This document shows positions 13,328 through 25,559 of a stretch of DNA of 64,000 nucleotides, one piece after another. Numbering within the stretch: the first letter of the stretch is position 1; every line of letters begins with the position of its first letter. A model generated the notes under the pieces. That model saw only the letters and a list, made by a program, of their open reading frames with translations. It ran no database searches and was not told where the DNA came from. A program made the translations under genes and the position numbers. The stretch is taken from assembly GCA_951406725.2 (NCBI GenBank), contig OX597822.1:50034001-50098000 (forward strand). Reading direction: 5' to 3'. Source of the stretch: Octopus vulgaris (lineage: Eukaryota).

Positions 13328-13838
13328 GTGGAGGCGCAATGGCCCAGTAGTTAGGGCAGCGGACTCGTGGTCGTAGGATCGCGGTTTCGATTCCCAGAAT
13401 GGGCACTGTAAGTGTTTATTGAGCGAAAACACCTAAAGCTCCACGAGTCTCCGGCAGAGGGTGGTAGTGAAACCTGCAGTAATCTTTCACCACAACTTTC
13501 TCCCTCTCTTTCTTCCTGTTTCTGTTGTACCTGTATTTGACAGGGCCAGCCTTGTCACGATGAATCTCCCCGTGAACTACATGATGACTACACATGTCTG
13601 TGGAGTACTCAGCCACTTCCACATTAATAAATGAGTTGCGATGTCACTGGTGCTAAGCTGTATCGGCTTTTGCCTTACCATTGGATAACATCGGTGGCGT
13701 AGAGAGGGAAGGCTGGTATGCATGGGCGCCTGCTGATCTTCCATAAACAAACTTGTCCAGACTTGTGCCTTGGAAGGTAACTTTCTAGGTGCAATGCCAT
13801 GGTCATTCATGACCAATGAGGGTCACAACACAACAACA
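13328..13838 (+). mobile_element. tRNA-derived SINE: family C head/body joined to family D tail
   Basis: tRNA-like head GGCGCAATGGCCCAGTAGTTAGGGCAGCGGACTC..GGTTTCGATTCCC. 13328-13630 matches 56557-56883 (-); ~13655-13815 matches ~49690-49845; ends in (CAA)n. Confidence 0.8.
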
Positions 13839-14479
13839 CTAAGGTAAATGGGAATCCTGGCACAGGTGTTTTGATTATTTTCTGTCATAATTATGTAATT
13901 CTGGTAAATTCTAATGTACACTATAACAATAATAATTTAACCTAGAATGTTCTGTTTTAATTGTTATATCTCAATACAGTTTAATGTTCATTGATATATT
14001 TCTCACATATGGACACCGAATTATATACTGCATTTTCTATTTTCAATTTCTATTTGCATAAATGTATTTTACAAAACCCCCACTAATACATAAATTAATG
14101 CTAATATGCTCGCTTATACAGATTCAAAATACATATGCATTTGAAGTGTTTAAGTAGACTAATGCAAAATATGTTAGTGTACATATAATTAGATAGAATA
14201 ACAATTACCCCTTTGAGGAAAATTTAAATTCAAAAATTTATATGATAATGTCCTTATTTATGTTTATCCCATTTCCTTAAATTAACATACACATTTTGCG
14301 AATACTTAATATACATACACGTACAGGCATAGATATTTGCAGTTACGTACAACTACTGCCCCAGAAGTGCACACTTCTGCTTCTTCTTGTTTCATAATTT
14401 ACATCCCGCGACTTCTATCTCACCATGTTCCAGAGTATAGTGGCACCAAGCTCTTGACGGGTTCTTCTTTCACTGTCGG

Positions 14480-14755
14480 AACGCTTTCTTCAGCTATTCG
14501 AAACTTAAATTCTCTCTGCACCCCCTTAACAAATATCATACTTGTACAGCCAGAAGTAATGCCAATCTCCAATCATTACCAATCTGTTGTAAAAATTTTC
14601 AGCTGTAGACCTCATTTCGAAACTGTCATAGTACATCATCATTATTTTGTTCACTTTGTATGGAATGTTGAAGTGGTCCATAACTCTTATCTGTAATTCC
14701 TGTGGCACTGAGCCATATGCATTAGGTAGGTCAAGCCATAACACGTTCAAACTTC
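14480..14755 (-). pseudogene. RLE-type (Hero/R2-group-like) non-LTR RT fragment
   Basis: VLWLDLPNAYGSVPQEL..VMDHFNIP.KV....MYYDSFEMR, then in another frame LEIGITSGCTSMIF. Confidence 0.65.
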
Positions 14756-14822
14756 TCATACACACACAATCACATAGGTATATATCTTACACAAATAGAA
14801 CGCCGGAAAAGAATATAAAAAA

Positions 14823-14893
14823 TGAAAGTTACTTTAGAAATTCTTCTTTATCTGAAATAGTCACAACTGTAATGATGCATACATACGTGTGTA

Positions 14894-14925
<32 letters not shown>

Positions 14926-15277
14926 TGTGTGTGTGTGCGTGCGTGTGTGTGTGTGTGTGTGTTGTGTGTGTGAGTAAATAGCTGGTTACTTAGTGACTAT
15001 GTTGACAAAACAGTTAAGTGAAGAATAATCACAAGGGATTTAAATGTGAAATATCAAGTCTTAATACGGCGACTTATTCCAAAAAACGTCCGAAATATGT
15101 ATGAAAAAAAAAGTACAATTTACAGTAACTCATTTATTTGATCGAGAAAAAAAAAAGGCGTCTATCTCTGTATAAATTTTTTTCCTGACCTGAAAGTACC
15201 TTTAGAAATTCTTTTTTATCAGAAATCGTCACAACTCTAATGATGTATACATACGTGTGTGAGTAAATAGCTGGTTA
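14823..15277 (+). repeat. Dispersed direct repeat pair (14823-14988; 15191-15277)
   Basis: Shared TGAAAGT..TTTAGAAATTCTT..GAAAT.GTCACAACT.TAATGATG.ATACATACGTGTGT...GAGTAAATAGCTGGTTA. Confidence 0.85.
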
Positions 15278-15510
15278 TGACGCTAAAGACAGGAAGTTCA
15301 AACGCAAGAAGTTGAGAAAACAATTTGAAGAAGTGAATCTTTATATACAGGGCAATATTATCTATTTTTAAGGAAAAATATCAAGACCGTATTATTCTTT
15401 CCAAGGTCAAATTATTCATGTATATAAGTATGGTAGAGTTTGAACCAGATGTTTGGGATAGCATTGATGACACACACACACATACTGGGTATTTTATATG
15501 TTAAGATATA

Positions 15511-15543
<33 letters not shown>

Positions 15544-18034
15544 GTGTGTGTGTGTATATATATATATATATGCAAACACAAATTTCGTCAGTCGATCATA
15601 CATCCAGAAAAGAAGAACACTCGAAACGTTAAATCAGTAATGTAATTAGAGGTAGTTAGTTATACGTCCGTTCAAGTGAACAATAGCTTCGTATCCATAA
15701 AGTGCACAGCGTTATAGAAAGGTCGTCGCACTCTAATGGCCGCGGACGTATAATTTCTTTTCAAAATGGAAATACCAAAAAAATTATGGTGAGTTTTAAT
15801 TTTGTGTTGTCGGTATATATTTTGTCGAACAATCGAGTTCGTATAGCTCCGTATCATCCGAGAGACGGTGGCTTTCGTGATTATGTAGATGCGTGCAGCC
15901 GGCGGATGCATATTACGTTGTGGACTTTTGTAAGACACATTGTGTCTAGTTCGCATAATGGATATCATATATCATCCATCAAAGTTGCACGATGTCGTTC
16001 ATCAGATGATTTTCAACAATGGTTAGCTGCTGAATTCGTCTCTCGCAATTTTGTTAATTTTCTTACTAGCTGTGTATAAAACTTACAAGCAACTCACGCA
16101 CGCAAACAGAGACACATACAAATCTATGAAACATTTACATCGTCTTAGTTAAATATTCATGATGGAAGTCACTCCTCAATTGAAAAGCTTTAATACAATC
16201 AAATATTACGTCGAAGCTGAAGATCGCGTTATGTGCTGCCAGTTATTCGTATCCAGATAGATGATTGTACTGCACTTGTGTTACAATAATTATACATACT
16301 TTAACGCATTCCAATTCCAGTGCAACTTTCTTGCAGAGCATTTGAGTTAATACCTCTTTTCCTTTTAATACGAGGATAACATCAAGCAGACTCTTGTTTG
16401 GAAGTTTATATTCGGTATATTTACCTTTTCCGTTAACAGTTATGTTATTGGGAAAGAAGATAGTCCCTCGCCTAAATCACAGCTCAGTGATCGTGTAGCC
16501 TCTCCTATTCATATTTTCTCACAGATAATTTGAGGTTCAGAAAATCATGAAATCCATATCTATATATTACAGACAATGCTGTGAACCTCATTTGATAAAA
16601 TATTAAGTTAAACAGAAATTGTACTAAATAGAGTTTACTCGTAAGAAACATGATGAATGAAATATAACATTAGACGTTTTTAATTGTTATATATGTGTAA
16701 TTGTCATAAAGAAATATTGATGTTTCGAGTCCAATTACCTCTGGAAATTTGGGTTGTTATTGAATCATTGAATTTGTAAGGCTGCTGTGCCCTCAAATAT
16801 TTTACGTTTATATTTTGTTTTAAATTATTTAGTAGAATCATATTGTCATAACTATTTTTCTGCAAGGAGTAATGACACTCAAATAACCAGTTTTGATAAA
16901 GCTAGTTATCTTATAAAATATCGCACCAGAAAATTAATGCCGGAACTTTACGAAATACTACTTTTTTATGAGAAACTGAACTAATACTTATTCTGCTGGA
17001 AATCATGTAAGTTTTTTTTTCTTTCAACTTGAATGGGTTTTGTATCCAATAATTATCTGCCTTCCTCGTATTTGGAAAATATATTCACTTAGAGATTACA
17101 ATATCATGCAACAAGAATTTTAAAATGATTTTTTAAAAATATGTCAGTATCTGAATTCGGTTTACAATCTGGAAGAAATCAGTAAGATCCGGAAAAAAGC
17201 GAAATATATTGTGCTACTGAGTTGTGTTACAATCTTGTAATTGACATGACAGCAACTCCATTTTGAATTCAGCTTCAAAAATATCCATTTTTTTCTTTTG
17301 TAGAGATAAACACCATTTACTCAAGTTTGCAAGAAAATGAGGAAAACATGTTGCAATATTCGAGGGCTATGTTCTGTTTGTTACTTTGCCGTATAACCAG
17401 GATTTATGATCGATAAAATATCCCAAATGATTTTACCGTACTTCAAGCATTCCTACATGAATATTCTCTGAAGATAATCGAGTTTTTTAAGTAACACCTT
17501 TTGAAGACAATCCATATCTTCACATAAGACTTAAAAAGGGGAAACGCAATCGTAATGGTCGAGATTCTCTAAAACTGATAGCCGGCATTGTATCTTCTTG
17601 AAACCGACATTTCTTGCTTGAGAGATCATATGCTTTTGTTTCTATCTTTAAACAATGCAGTTATTACTGTTACAGATGTTTTGAGATATTTTTGATTCGT
17701 GTTACAACGCAGGCTATTTTTGTTTTATCTCTTGTTTTATCCCTGCCTAATGCAATATACTTATCCCGTATTGTATCCTGCGTTTCATAAAATTTCCAAA
17801 GCAATTACATTTTACTTCTCATCATATGTATTGCAGAAATTCTGCAGGAAAATTAATTTTATTTTGTTGCAAAAATTATTTCGAAGACGCACAATTAACA
17901 TTCAGCAACATCTTTGTATTTATCTCTTTTTATTTATTGATATCTCTCTCTCTATACATATATATATATATATATTTAAAAAATATAAATATATGAAAGA
18001 ATGGAGTTGCACGACGAATTAACAAAATTCCTTT

Positions 18035-18119
18035 ATTTTCGACATATGTTTCGAAGGCTGCATATTCCTAATTGCGAAGGAATAAGGAGTACATTATGCC
18101 GCTTTCTCATCAGGAAAAT
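18035..18119 (-). ncRNA. Type I hammerhead ribozyme in inverted pLTR
   Basis: Reverse complement of 21733-21817 with complete CUGAUGA/GAAA/GUC core. Confidence 0.85.
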
Positions 18120-18508
18120 CAAGGAACATATGTCAATATCAAAATGCACAAAACACTTTTAGATGATTGCTCACACGGAGCCCATAGCGATAATGAGTGT
18201 CTCTTTAACATATTCCTTTATAAGGAGTGACTCCTTATTCCTTCGCAATTAGGAATATGCAGCCTTCGAAACATATGTCGAAAATAAAGGAATTTTGTTA
18301 ATTCGTCGTTCAACTCCATTCTTTCATATATTTATATTTTTAAAATTAACATATAAATTTCCACACGAAAGCACGTAATCTATGCCCTAGGCACGTAACT
18401 TCAACCGTGTTTTTTCTGATGTGAATTTGCTACCCAGGTATCGGTTAATTCGAATTATCCTTAATAAGATAATTCATTCAACTACTCAAATATTCATATA
18501 CAGCCTCC

Positions 18509-21134
18509 TTGAGATCCTGCTACCTTAACCGATACCGCAAATGGTTCGAGATTAACGCATCCCATAAGGACATACCAATACCACCAAAAGAAACCTTCCT
18601 TCAGGAAATTGTTAACAAAACAAATGCATTCATCAACCGAATTAGATGGCTCGCTGTCTTCCATGATAATGAGGACATAAAACAGAACGGTACCGAAACA
18701 TCTTCCGAATATAAGAAGTTATTCAAGTCGAGGGAAACCCCTCCACCTAATCCCAGACTGAAGAAATTCGACGACGACCTGTGGGACATTGTAAGGACCA
18801 TTAAATTCCGTAAATCGCCCCTTAGGAATAAACACCTTAGATACCTCAACAAAGTCACCAAAGATATAAACAGTTTAGACGCTATACTGGTCCAATCAGA
18901 TAAAACCAGGAACACATATAAGCTAGCAAAAAACCAGTATTTAGAAATGCTCAAGAAAGAAATACAGAAGAATTACAGAACAACAAATAAGAATACACTC
19001 AGACAAGCCAACTTGGAAATTAAGAAAATCATGGAAAAGTATGGATTACAAATGAAAACACAACCGCTGAACCCAAGACAACCAAGATTCATCGTCAAGG
19101 ACCATAAACCAAACTTTCACACCAATCCATCTTTAAGGCTCATATGCCCCTCTAGTTCCGACATCGGTTCCATTAGTAAGTACATTTTAGATAAATACAT
19201 ACCCAGATTAATCAATAAGTTAAAACTCAACATATGGTCTAACTCCACTCAAGTCGTAGAGTGGTTTTCTTCTATTTCTAATAAAAACAGCACAAAATTC
19301 ATTCAATTCGATATTTCTAGTTTCTACCCTTCGATCAACCCTATAGCACGCACATAATAAGGCAGGCCTCCCAAGGGAGGAAATTAATAGAATTTTTAGC
19401 GGCTAGAAAATCCTTCATACAGTTCGATGATAAGTTATGGGTCCGTAAGGATACCCCCAACGCGTTCGATGTGCCAATGGAAAGCTTAGACAGCGCCCAG
19501 ATAGCCGATTTGGTCGGAATCTATATTCTCTATGAATTAGCCGACCAATTCCCCGACATCTGCAGCGGTCTGTATCGAGACGATTGTCTATTTTATCTAC
19601 TGAATGCTCCGAACATTATGATACAGAAGACTAAAAACAGAATGGGCATGAGCATAGTTTTCGACGACGAACTAACTAAAGCTAACTTCTTAGATGTTAC
19701 CCTAAATCTGCATAACAATTCTTACTTCCCTTACCATAAGCCTTCTACTAACCTTAAATATGTCAGCATCTTCAGTAACCATGCAAAAGCTATCACCGTT
19801 AATTTAGTTAAAAATATATCCTTAAGACTATCAAATTTATCTGCGAATGTCGACATTTTTAAACAAAAAGCGGAATTTTATAATGCCGCCTTGTCAAAAG
19901 CCGGTTATAAGGATAAGGTATCATATATCGACCCGGCCCATTCTAAACTAATATTTGCTTCTCAGGATAAGAAAACTAATAACAATAGAAATAATGTAAT
20001 TAATGATTTCAGCTCTAGCAACGTCGACACTAATATAATTAACAAAAATAATTTACGGACCAAGGGGGGCAATCGAAAACCAACATCAATTCTACAACAC
20101 ATAAATACTCCCTTTAATGTAAATGTTAATACTCTGAGCCATTCTAAGTCCAAAAAAACTATATCTGGTTTGTCATTCCTTTCGGGAAACAAATCAGGTC
20201 TAACCTCCCTTTACAGTTCCGTGAAGCCGTAGCTAGGAACTTTCCCAGGAATTCTAGTTATTACTCTACTATCAATTCGCATAAGGTGAGGATTGCATTC
20301 TCCAACACTAGAAATCTATAGCAGATAATTGCCTCCCATAATAATAAGCTGCTAAATAAGGAATCATGACCCAGGAGTAGCGACACTGCACTTACCAATT
20401 CCAACATAACATACAATAATAATAATAATAGAAATAGTATTGATATTAGCAACATTCATAGCAGCATTGGCGTTAACAATAGTAATAATGATAATAACAT
20501 TAGCCAGATTATTAACAGTGGTGGTGTTAGTGGTAATAGTAACAGCATTTCTAATAACAGTTGTATTATTGATGATAACAATCACAGCATTCCTATAGTC
20601 AGAGAAATTGCCGACGATATTACAATTAATAGTAATGATAATAAGATGAATAGTAACGTGGCCAATGCTAGCAACAATATTTACACCTATCATAACAATA
20701 AAAACTCTGTCTTAGTATCGGAAGTTAACCCCAACAGATTAAAGTTCTTATCCAAAAATTCCAAAATTAGAAACACCATTTACCAGTGCAAAACTTCTTC
20801 TGGAACCGATGTCTTCTACATTGGAGCAACTACTTCTAAATTAGCTCAAAGGATCTCCAATCATTATTCAACTGTTCGAGATAAGAGAAAACAACACAGC
20901 ACGGGACTAAGTAAACTAGTTTGGCGTCTGAAGGACAGCAATACAACTTTCAAGCTCGAATGGTCCATATTGTCGGTGTCCTTTCCGTTTGATAAGGGCA
21001 GAAAACTTTGTGGCATCTGTAATTCCGAACTTTTTAATATTTTGTTCGCCAAAGTCCCTTTAATAAATACAATCGTCGAGAGGTCCTACAGGAGCATGCA
21101 CTGGCAAAAACACACCTTTCACTCATATGAATAA
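18509..21134 (+). pseudogene. PLE polyprotein: reverse transcriptase + C-terminal GIY-YIG endonuclease, disrupted
   Basis: KDHKPNF..LRLICP; QFDISSFYPSI; PMESLDSAQIADLVG; GLYRDD; NFLDVTL; YIWFVIPF (after frameshift ~20155); TIYQC...FYIGATT...QRISNH; CGICNSE. Deletion/frameshift ~19340-19390 and stops ~20320 and ~20367. Confidence 0.92.
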
Positions 21135-21732
21135 TGATTAATATAGATAACCCCTTGAATTTTAATTAATATAACTTTTTTTTTATATATGTCACCCCCA
21201 TAGTCATAAAAATTGTTTATACTTTCAAAGAACTACTACCCAATCCAGTGAAGTATGTGTTGCCTTAGTCCCCCTACCTCGCCCTCCTCATTGTCTCTCT
21301 TTCTCTCTCTATTTCCCTCTTTCTATAGTAAGCACAATCAAAGACACAGACACAAACTTCTCACCTCACCACTATCTGTTTTCTGACATCTACCCATCCA
21401 CATACACAATCACGCACACACATACACAAACACACACATCAATGCAGTTATATAAAGTCACACACACAGGCACTCATTCACAAAAGAAATTAACAAAATC
21501 CACCATTCATATGACCTGCACCCTTTCACCTTCCTATTCTTATGCCTCTCTCCTCCAACTTCGTTTGAACCCTTGAACCTTTAGAGCTTTCTAGAATCGT
21601 CTACATTCAACCATTTTGACATCATTCCTTATAAAGGAATATTTTATAGAGACACTCATTATCGCTATGGGGTCCGTGTGAGCAATCATCTATAAGTTTT
21701 TTGTGCATTTTGATATTGACATAAGTTCCTTG

Positions 21733-21817
21733 ATTTTCCTGATGAGAAAGCGGCATAATGTACTCCTTATTCCTTCGCAATTAGGATTATGCAGCCTTCG
21801 AAACATATGTCGAAAAT
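21733..21817 (+). ncRNA. Type I hammerhead ribozyme in 3' pLTR
   Basis: Stem I ATTTTC/GAAAAT; CTGATGA 21739-45; stem II GAAAGCGGCATAAT/ATTATGCAGCCTTC; GAAA 21800-03; palindromic stem III ACATATGT; predicted cleavage after GUC at 21811. Confidence 0.9.
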
Positions 21818-22016
21818 AAAGGAATTTTGTTAATTCGTCGTTCAACTCCATTCTTTCATATATTTATATTTTTAAAATAAACATACAAATTTCCACACGA
21901 AAGCACGTAATCTATGCCCTAGGCACGTAACTTCAACCGTGTTTTTTCTGATGTGAATTTGATACCCAGGTATCGGTCAATTCGAATTATCCTTAATAAG
22001 ATAATTCATTCAACTA

Positions 22017-22020
<4 letters not shown>

Positions 22021-22073
<53 letters not shown>

Positions 22074-22086
22074 TATATATATATAT

Positions 22087-22147
<61 letters not shown>

Positions 22148-22155
22148 ATATACAA

Positions 22156-22204
<49 letters not shown>

Positions 22205-22387
22205 TATATGTATATATACATATATATATATACATATACATATATATATATATATATGTATACATATATATATATATGTACATATATATATATATACATA
22301 TATACATATATATATATATGCATATATATATATATACACATATATGTACATATATATATATACATACATACATATATATATATATAC

Positions 22388-22420
<33 letters not shown>

Positions 22421-22598
22421 CGTATATATATATAAATATTTATATATATACACATATATATATACATATATATATACATATATATATACATATATATATA
22501 TATTTACATATATATACATATATATATATTTTACATATATATACATATATATATATATACATATATATATATACATATATATATACATATATATATAC

Positions 22599-22629
<31 letters not shown>

Positions 22630-22638
22630 CTTATTAAT

Positions 22639-22679
<41 letters not shown>

Positions 22680-22688
22680 CTTATTAAT

Positions 22689-22736
<48 letters not shown>

Positions 22737-22740
22737 TATA
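22021..22740. repeat. Long degenerate (TA)n/(TACA) microsatellite field
   Basis: Directly visible; source of spurious YI-repeat ORFs. Confidence 0.95.
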
Positions 22741-23999
22741 ATGAAATATATACTTATTATACGTCAACATCCTTACTCTGGCATGTTTTTGAAAAAGGAC
22801 AGTTTCAAATTTTTTTACGGATACAATCGGTATCGAACTTGTACGAGATATATTGTCCATCAGTGAATTGCAATTTGATGTGTGTACACCTTCAATATCT
22901 GTATCATTTACTGTTGGTCTGATTTCACGAGTTCATTAATAACTCCAAATAGCAGTATGGATCTATAGAATTTCTTGTCATTCGAATGTTTCAATGAAAG
23001 AAAAAGTGATCTCCAAAAGTATTCTATACTGCTTTGTGCAAACTGTAATAAATTCCTACATAAGAGAAAAAAAGAAAAACAATATCGGTACAACGATTTT
23101 ATACCACATTCATGAGCTCAATGTCAAGGAGTGGGCAGATTTTTCGATTAATGGCATAATTATTTCATGTTGTTAAAGCTCCCAGTTATCTCGCAGTAAC
23201 ACTCCCACTCCATAGAACATCCAACTGAAATGAAAATTACGACAATTTATGACATGTTATTCAGTTGGTCCATACTCAATACCCAATATTGATTTATAAA
23301 TATATTTTTATTAAAATCAGATTAAACAAAACTTTTTTGAGCCGAAAAGCAAAATTATTTCGCAGAAATAATTTTGTCCATGGAACTCACTCTGTGAAAC
23401 ATATTTATTGAGAAACAAATGTAAACTACTTCAGTGGAGTAACTTGCATCTAAGTTTTTCTGATGATCTACAACGAGTGGCAAAGTCTATGAAACTCATT
23501 TTGCTAAAAGTACATAAAACTCATTTCCCTAAAAGTACATTCTAATTAAAGTATTTATTTTCTATTACAATATATTAAGTATCGAAGAGGATCGAGACAC
23601 TGCCCTTTTTATATAACTACAATTAGAACTTTCATCAGTGCATCTACTAGTAAATGCTAATATCAAACATGGTACTTGAAAATCTGTCCGCAACACTTAT
23701 TTAACTGTTATACATAATAATATAACGTTATGTTGTACTTATAATTAGTACATTAAAAGTGGACTTGTAGTGAAACTCCAGCGGTTTTCATAAATACCAT
23801 TCGATGATTTAGTACATGGTAAATTCTGAAGTGTTATATTAGTTTGGGCACATACTAGCATGCGCCTACACTAACACGCAGCAGAAGGGTTTATACCTAG
23901 ATCTGTGAGTTGGGTCGTTGTAGTGCTGCTTCGAAAGCACCCGAACAAGAGGGATATAATTTCCGGCCCATCACTCTGTTTAACCCAGTGTTGTAGATT

Positions 24000-25400
24000 T
24001 GGCCAAGGTACTAGCAAAAAGGTTTGCGCGTGTCGCGGGTGGAATCGTCGGAGAGGCGCAAATTTACGTCATTCCCAGAAAGTGCATTCATGACAATCTC
24101 TAATTTCTACGCTATGCCTTAGAACGGATAAATAGGCTTCCTGGCAAGGGTCGGGCTTTGGTCTATTTAGTCTAATCTAAAGCTTTTGACAGGGTTGACC
24201 ATTGGTATCTGGTGACGGTCCTCGCGGCGGTCGGATTTGGCCCGAACGTTCGTAGGGGGCTCATTGAGTTATACAGCAACATCGATTCAATTGTTTGGGT
24301 GAACGGTTTCTTCTCGAAACCTTCCTGCATCAAGTTGCATCTGTGATTATCTACCGCCATGTCCTGATTCGTGCCATGTCCTGATTCGTGCCTAAGCAAG
24401 ATGGAACGATTGCTCTTCCGCTATTTGTGGAGGGGGAGGGATCCACTAGTAAGACTCTCTATTTGCTGCCAACAGCCCTTAAAGTATGTTAGGGATGCCG
24501 TGGTTAATGAAGCAAGGCACGCACCGAGGCTGAGGCATCACTGGCCCTACCTGGACGCTGATTAGTTGTGGTCTCCATTCGTTAAACTGATCGTACCTCG
24601 GTTCATTAGTTTCGGTGTATTGTAACCATGTATTAAGCGAGACCAAAGTTGGGCGCGTGACTGGCCGAATGTCGTCAGGCACTCGCGCTTCTCTACCGGA
24701 CGGGTAACGCTGGTGGTGAGGGTTCCATGTCGTTATTCTATAGAGGGCTAGTAAGGCAAAGTATGACGATGATCTGGGGAAAGAGTCTGGGCTTCGACGA
24801 ATGTCAGCTTGCTTGTTCGTTCCGAAGGACATTCGGGCCAGAGCATTTGGACAACTTCCAAAGGTCTCTGGCTTGGCAATGTTACCGAGGGGCCTTACCA
24901 GCTTGAGATAAACTCGCTAGGTATGGCTATTCATGCCAGTTCACTTGCCCAAGTTGCGAATAGATCAGTGAAACTGTTCTGCAGAGTCCGAAAATTCCAA
25001 AAATGTGAGTATTTGCCGAACAGCTGCTGTCACATCTGGGAAGAGTACATCTGTCTTCCGAGTCAATTATGAATATTGTTCCATCATCCTCCTTCAATAA
25101 GGAAGGCAAGGTGCATTTTCTCGTTGAGGTGCTGTCGGTGAAAGAGGTTATTTAGAGGACCCGGTTGAGAGGAGTGGCGACGAGCGCCTTCATCTCCGGC
25201 CCTGGATTGATCAACCTGTTCGTTTTCCCTCTTAAAAGGAAACTAGTGTTGGAGAGGAGACGCTTGTCGCCCGTTATATAAGGCAAAAGATGGAAGAAGG
25301 AAGTGACGCGAATGTTGACAGTGAATGAAGAGGCGTGAGTGCAAAACAAAGGAAACTGAAAGGTTCAGTGTGGAATCGGGCTTTGGGGTCGAAACCTTCC
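24000..25400 (+). pseudogene. Tx1/L1-like non-LTR retrotransposon remnant (RT and 3' region)
   Basis: SKAFDRVDHWYLVTVLAAVGFGPNVRRGLIELYSNIDSIVWVNGFFS at ~24175-24320; MERLLFRYLWRGRDPLVRLSICCQQP; GC-richer than flanks; heavily deleted. Confidence 0.75.
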
Positions 25401-25559
25401 CCCACCTCATTGTATTGTTTTTGTGTTGTACGTTCATTCGTTTATATAAATCGTAAATTTGAAACCGTGTTTTAATGTTTTCTCATTCGATCCCCGACCC
25501 GTCTCATTTTATATCGTCTCTCTGTATTTTTCTTTATAAGAAATCTACATTTAACTTTG

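Larger units (their letters stand above)
17975..22020 (+). mobile_element. Near-full-length Penelope-like retroelement with 3' pLTR (21626-22020), partial direct 5' pLTR (18230-18488) and inverted 5' pLTR (17975-18226)
   Basis: 18230-18488 is near-identical to 21762-22020; 17975-18226 is the reverse complement of 21626-21877. Internal RT and GIY-YIG coding segments; (TA)n on both flanks. Confidence 0.93.

Noticed and set aside
13328-13400. tRNA-like heads (also 12300, 49550, 55157, 56810-56883)
   Set aside because: They continue into repeated SINE bodies and lack a complete cloverleaf; not tRNA genes.
16900-17900. Possible hAT/Charlie transposase relic on minus strand (SRPLRLR..LCEDMD), perhaps continuing at 22760-23200
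   Set aside because: Only a few residues of resemblance; not supportable without TBLASTN.
21953-22866. Long ORFs of YI/HT/VC repeats (also 30658-33474, 36414-36699, 47927-48361, 11296-11619)
   Set aside because: Translations of dinucleotide/tetranucleotide microsatellites that lack stop codons; no coding signal.
23455-23510. CTGATGA...GAAAC hammerhead-like spacing
   Set aside because: No stem II, stem III or stem I complementarity.
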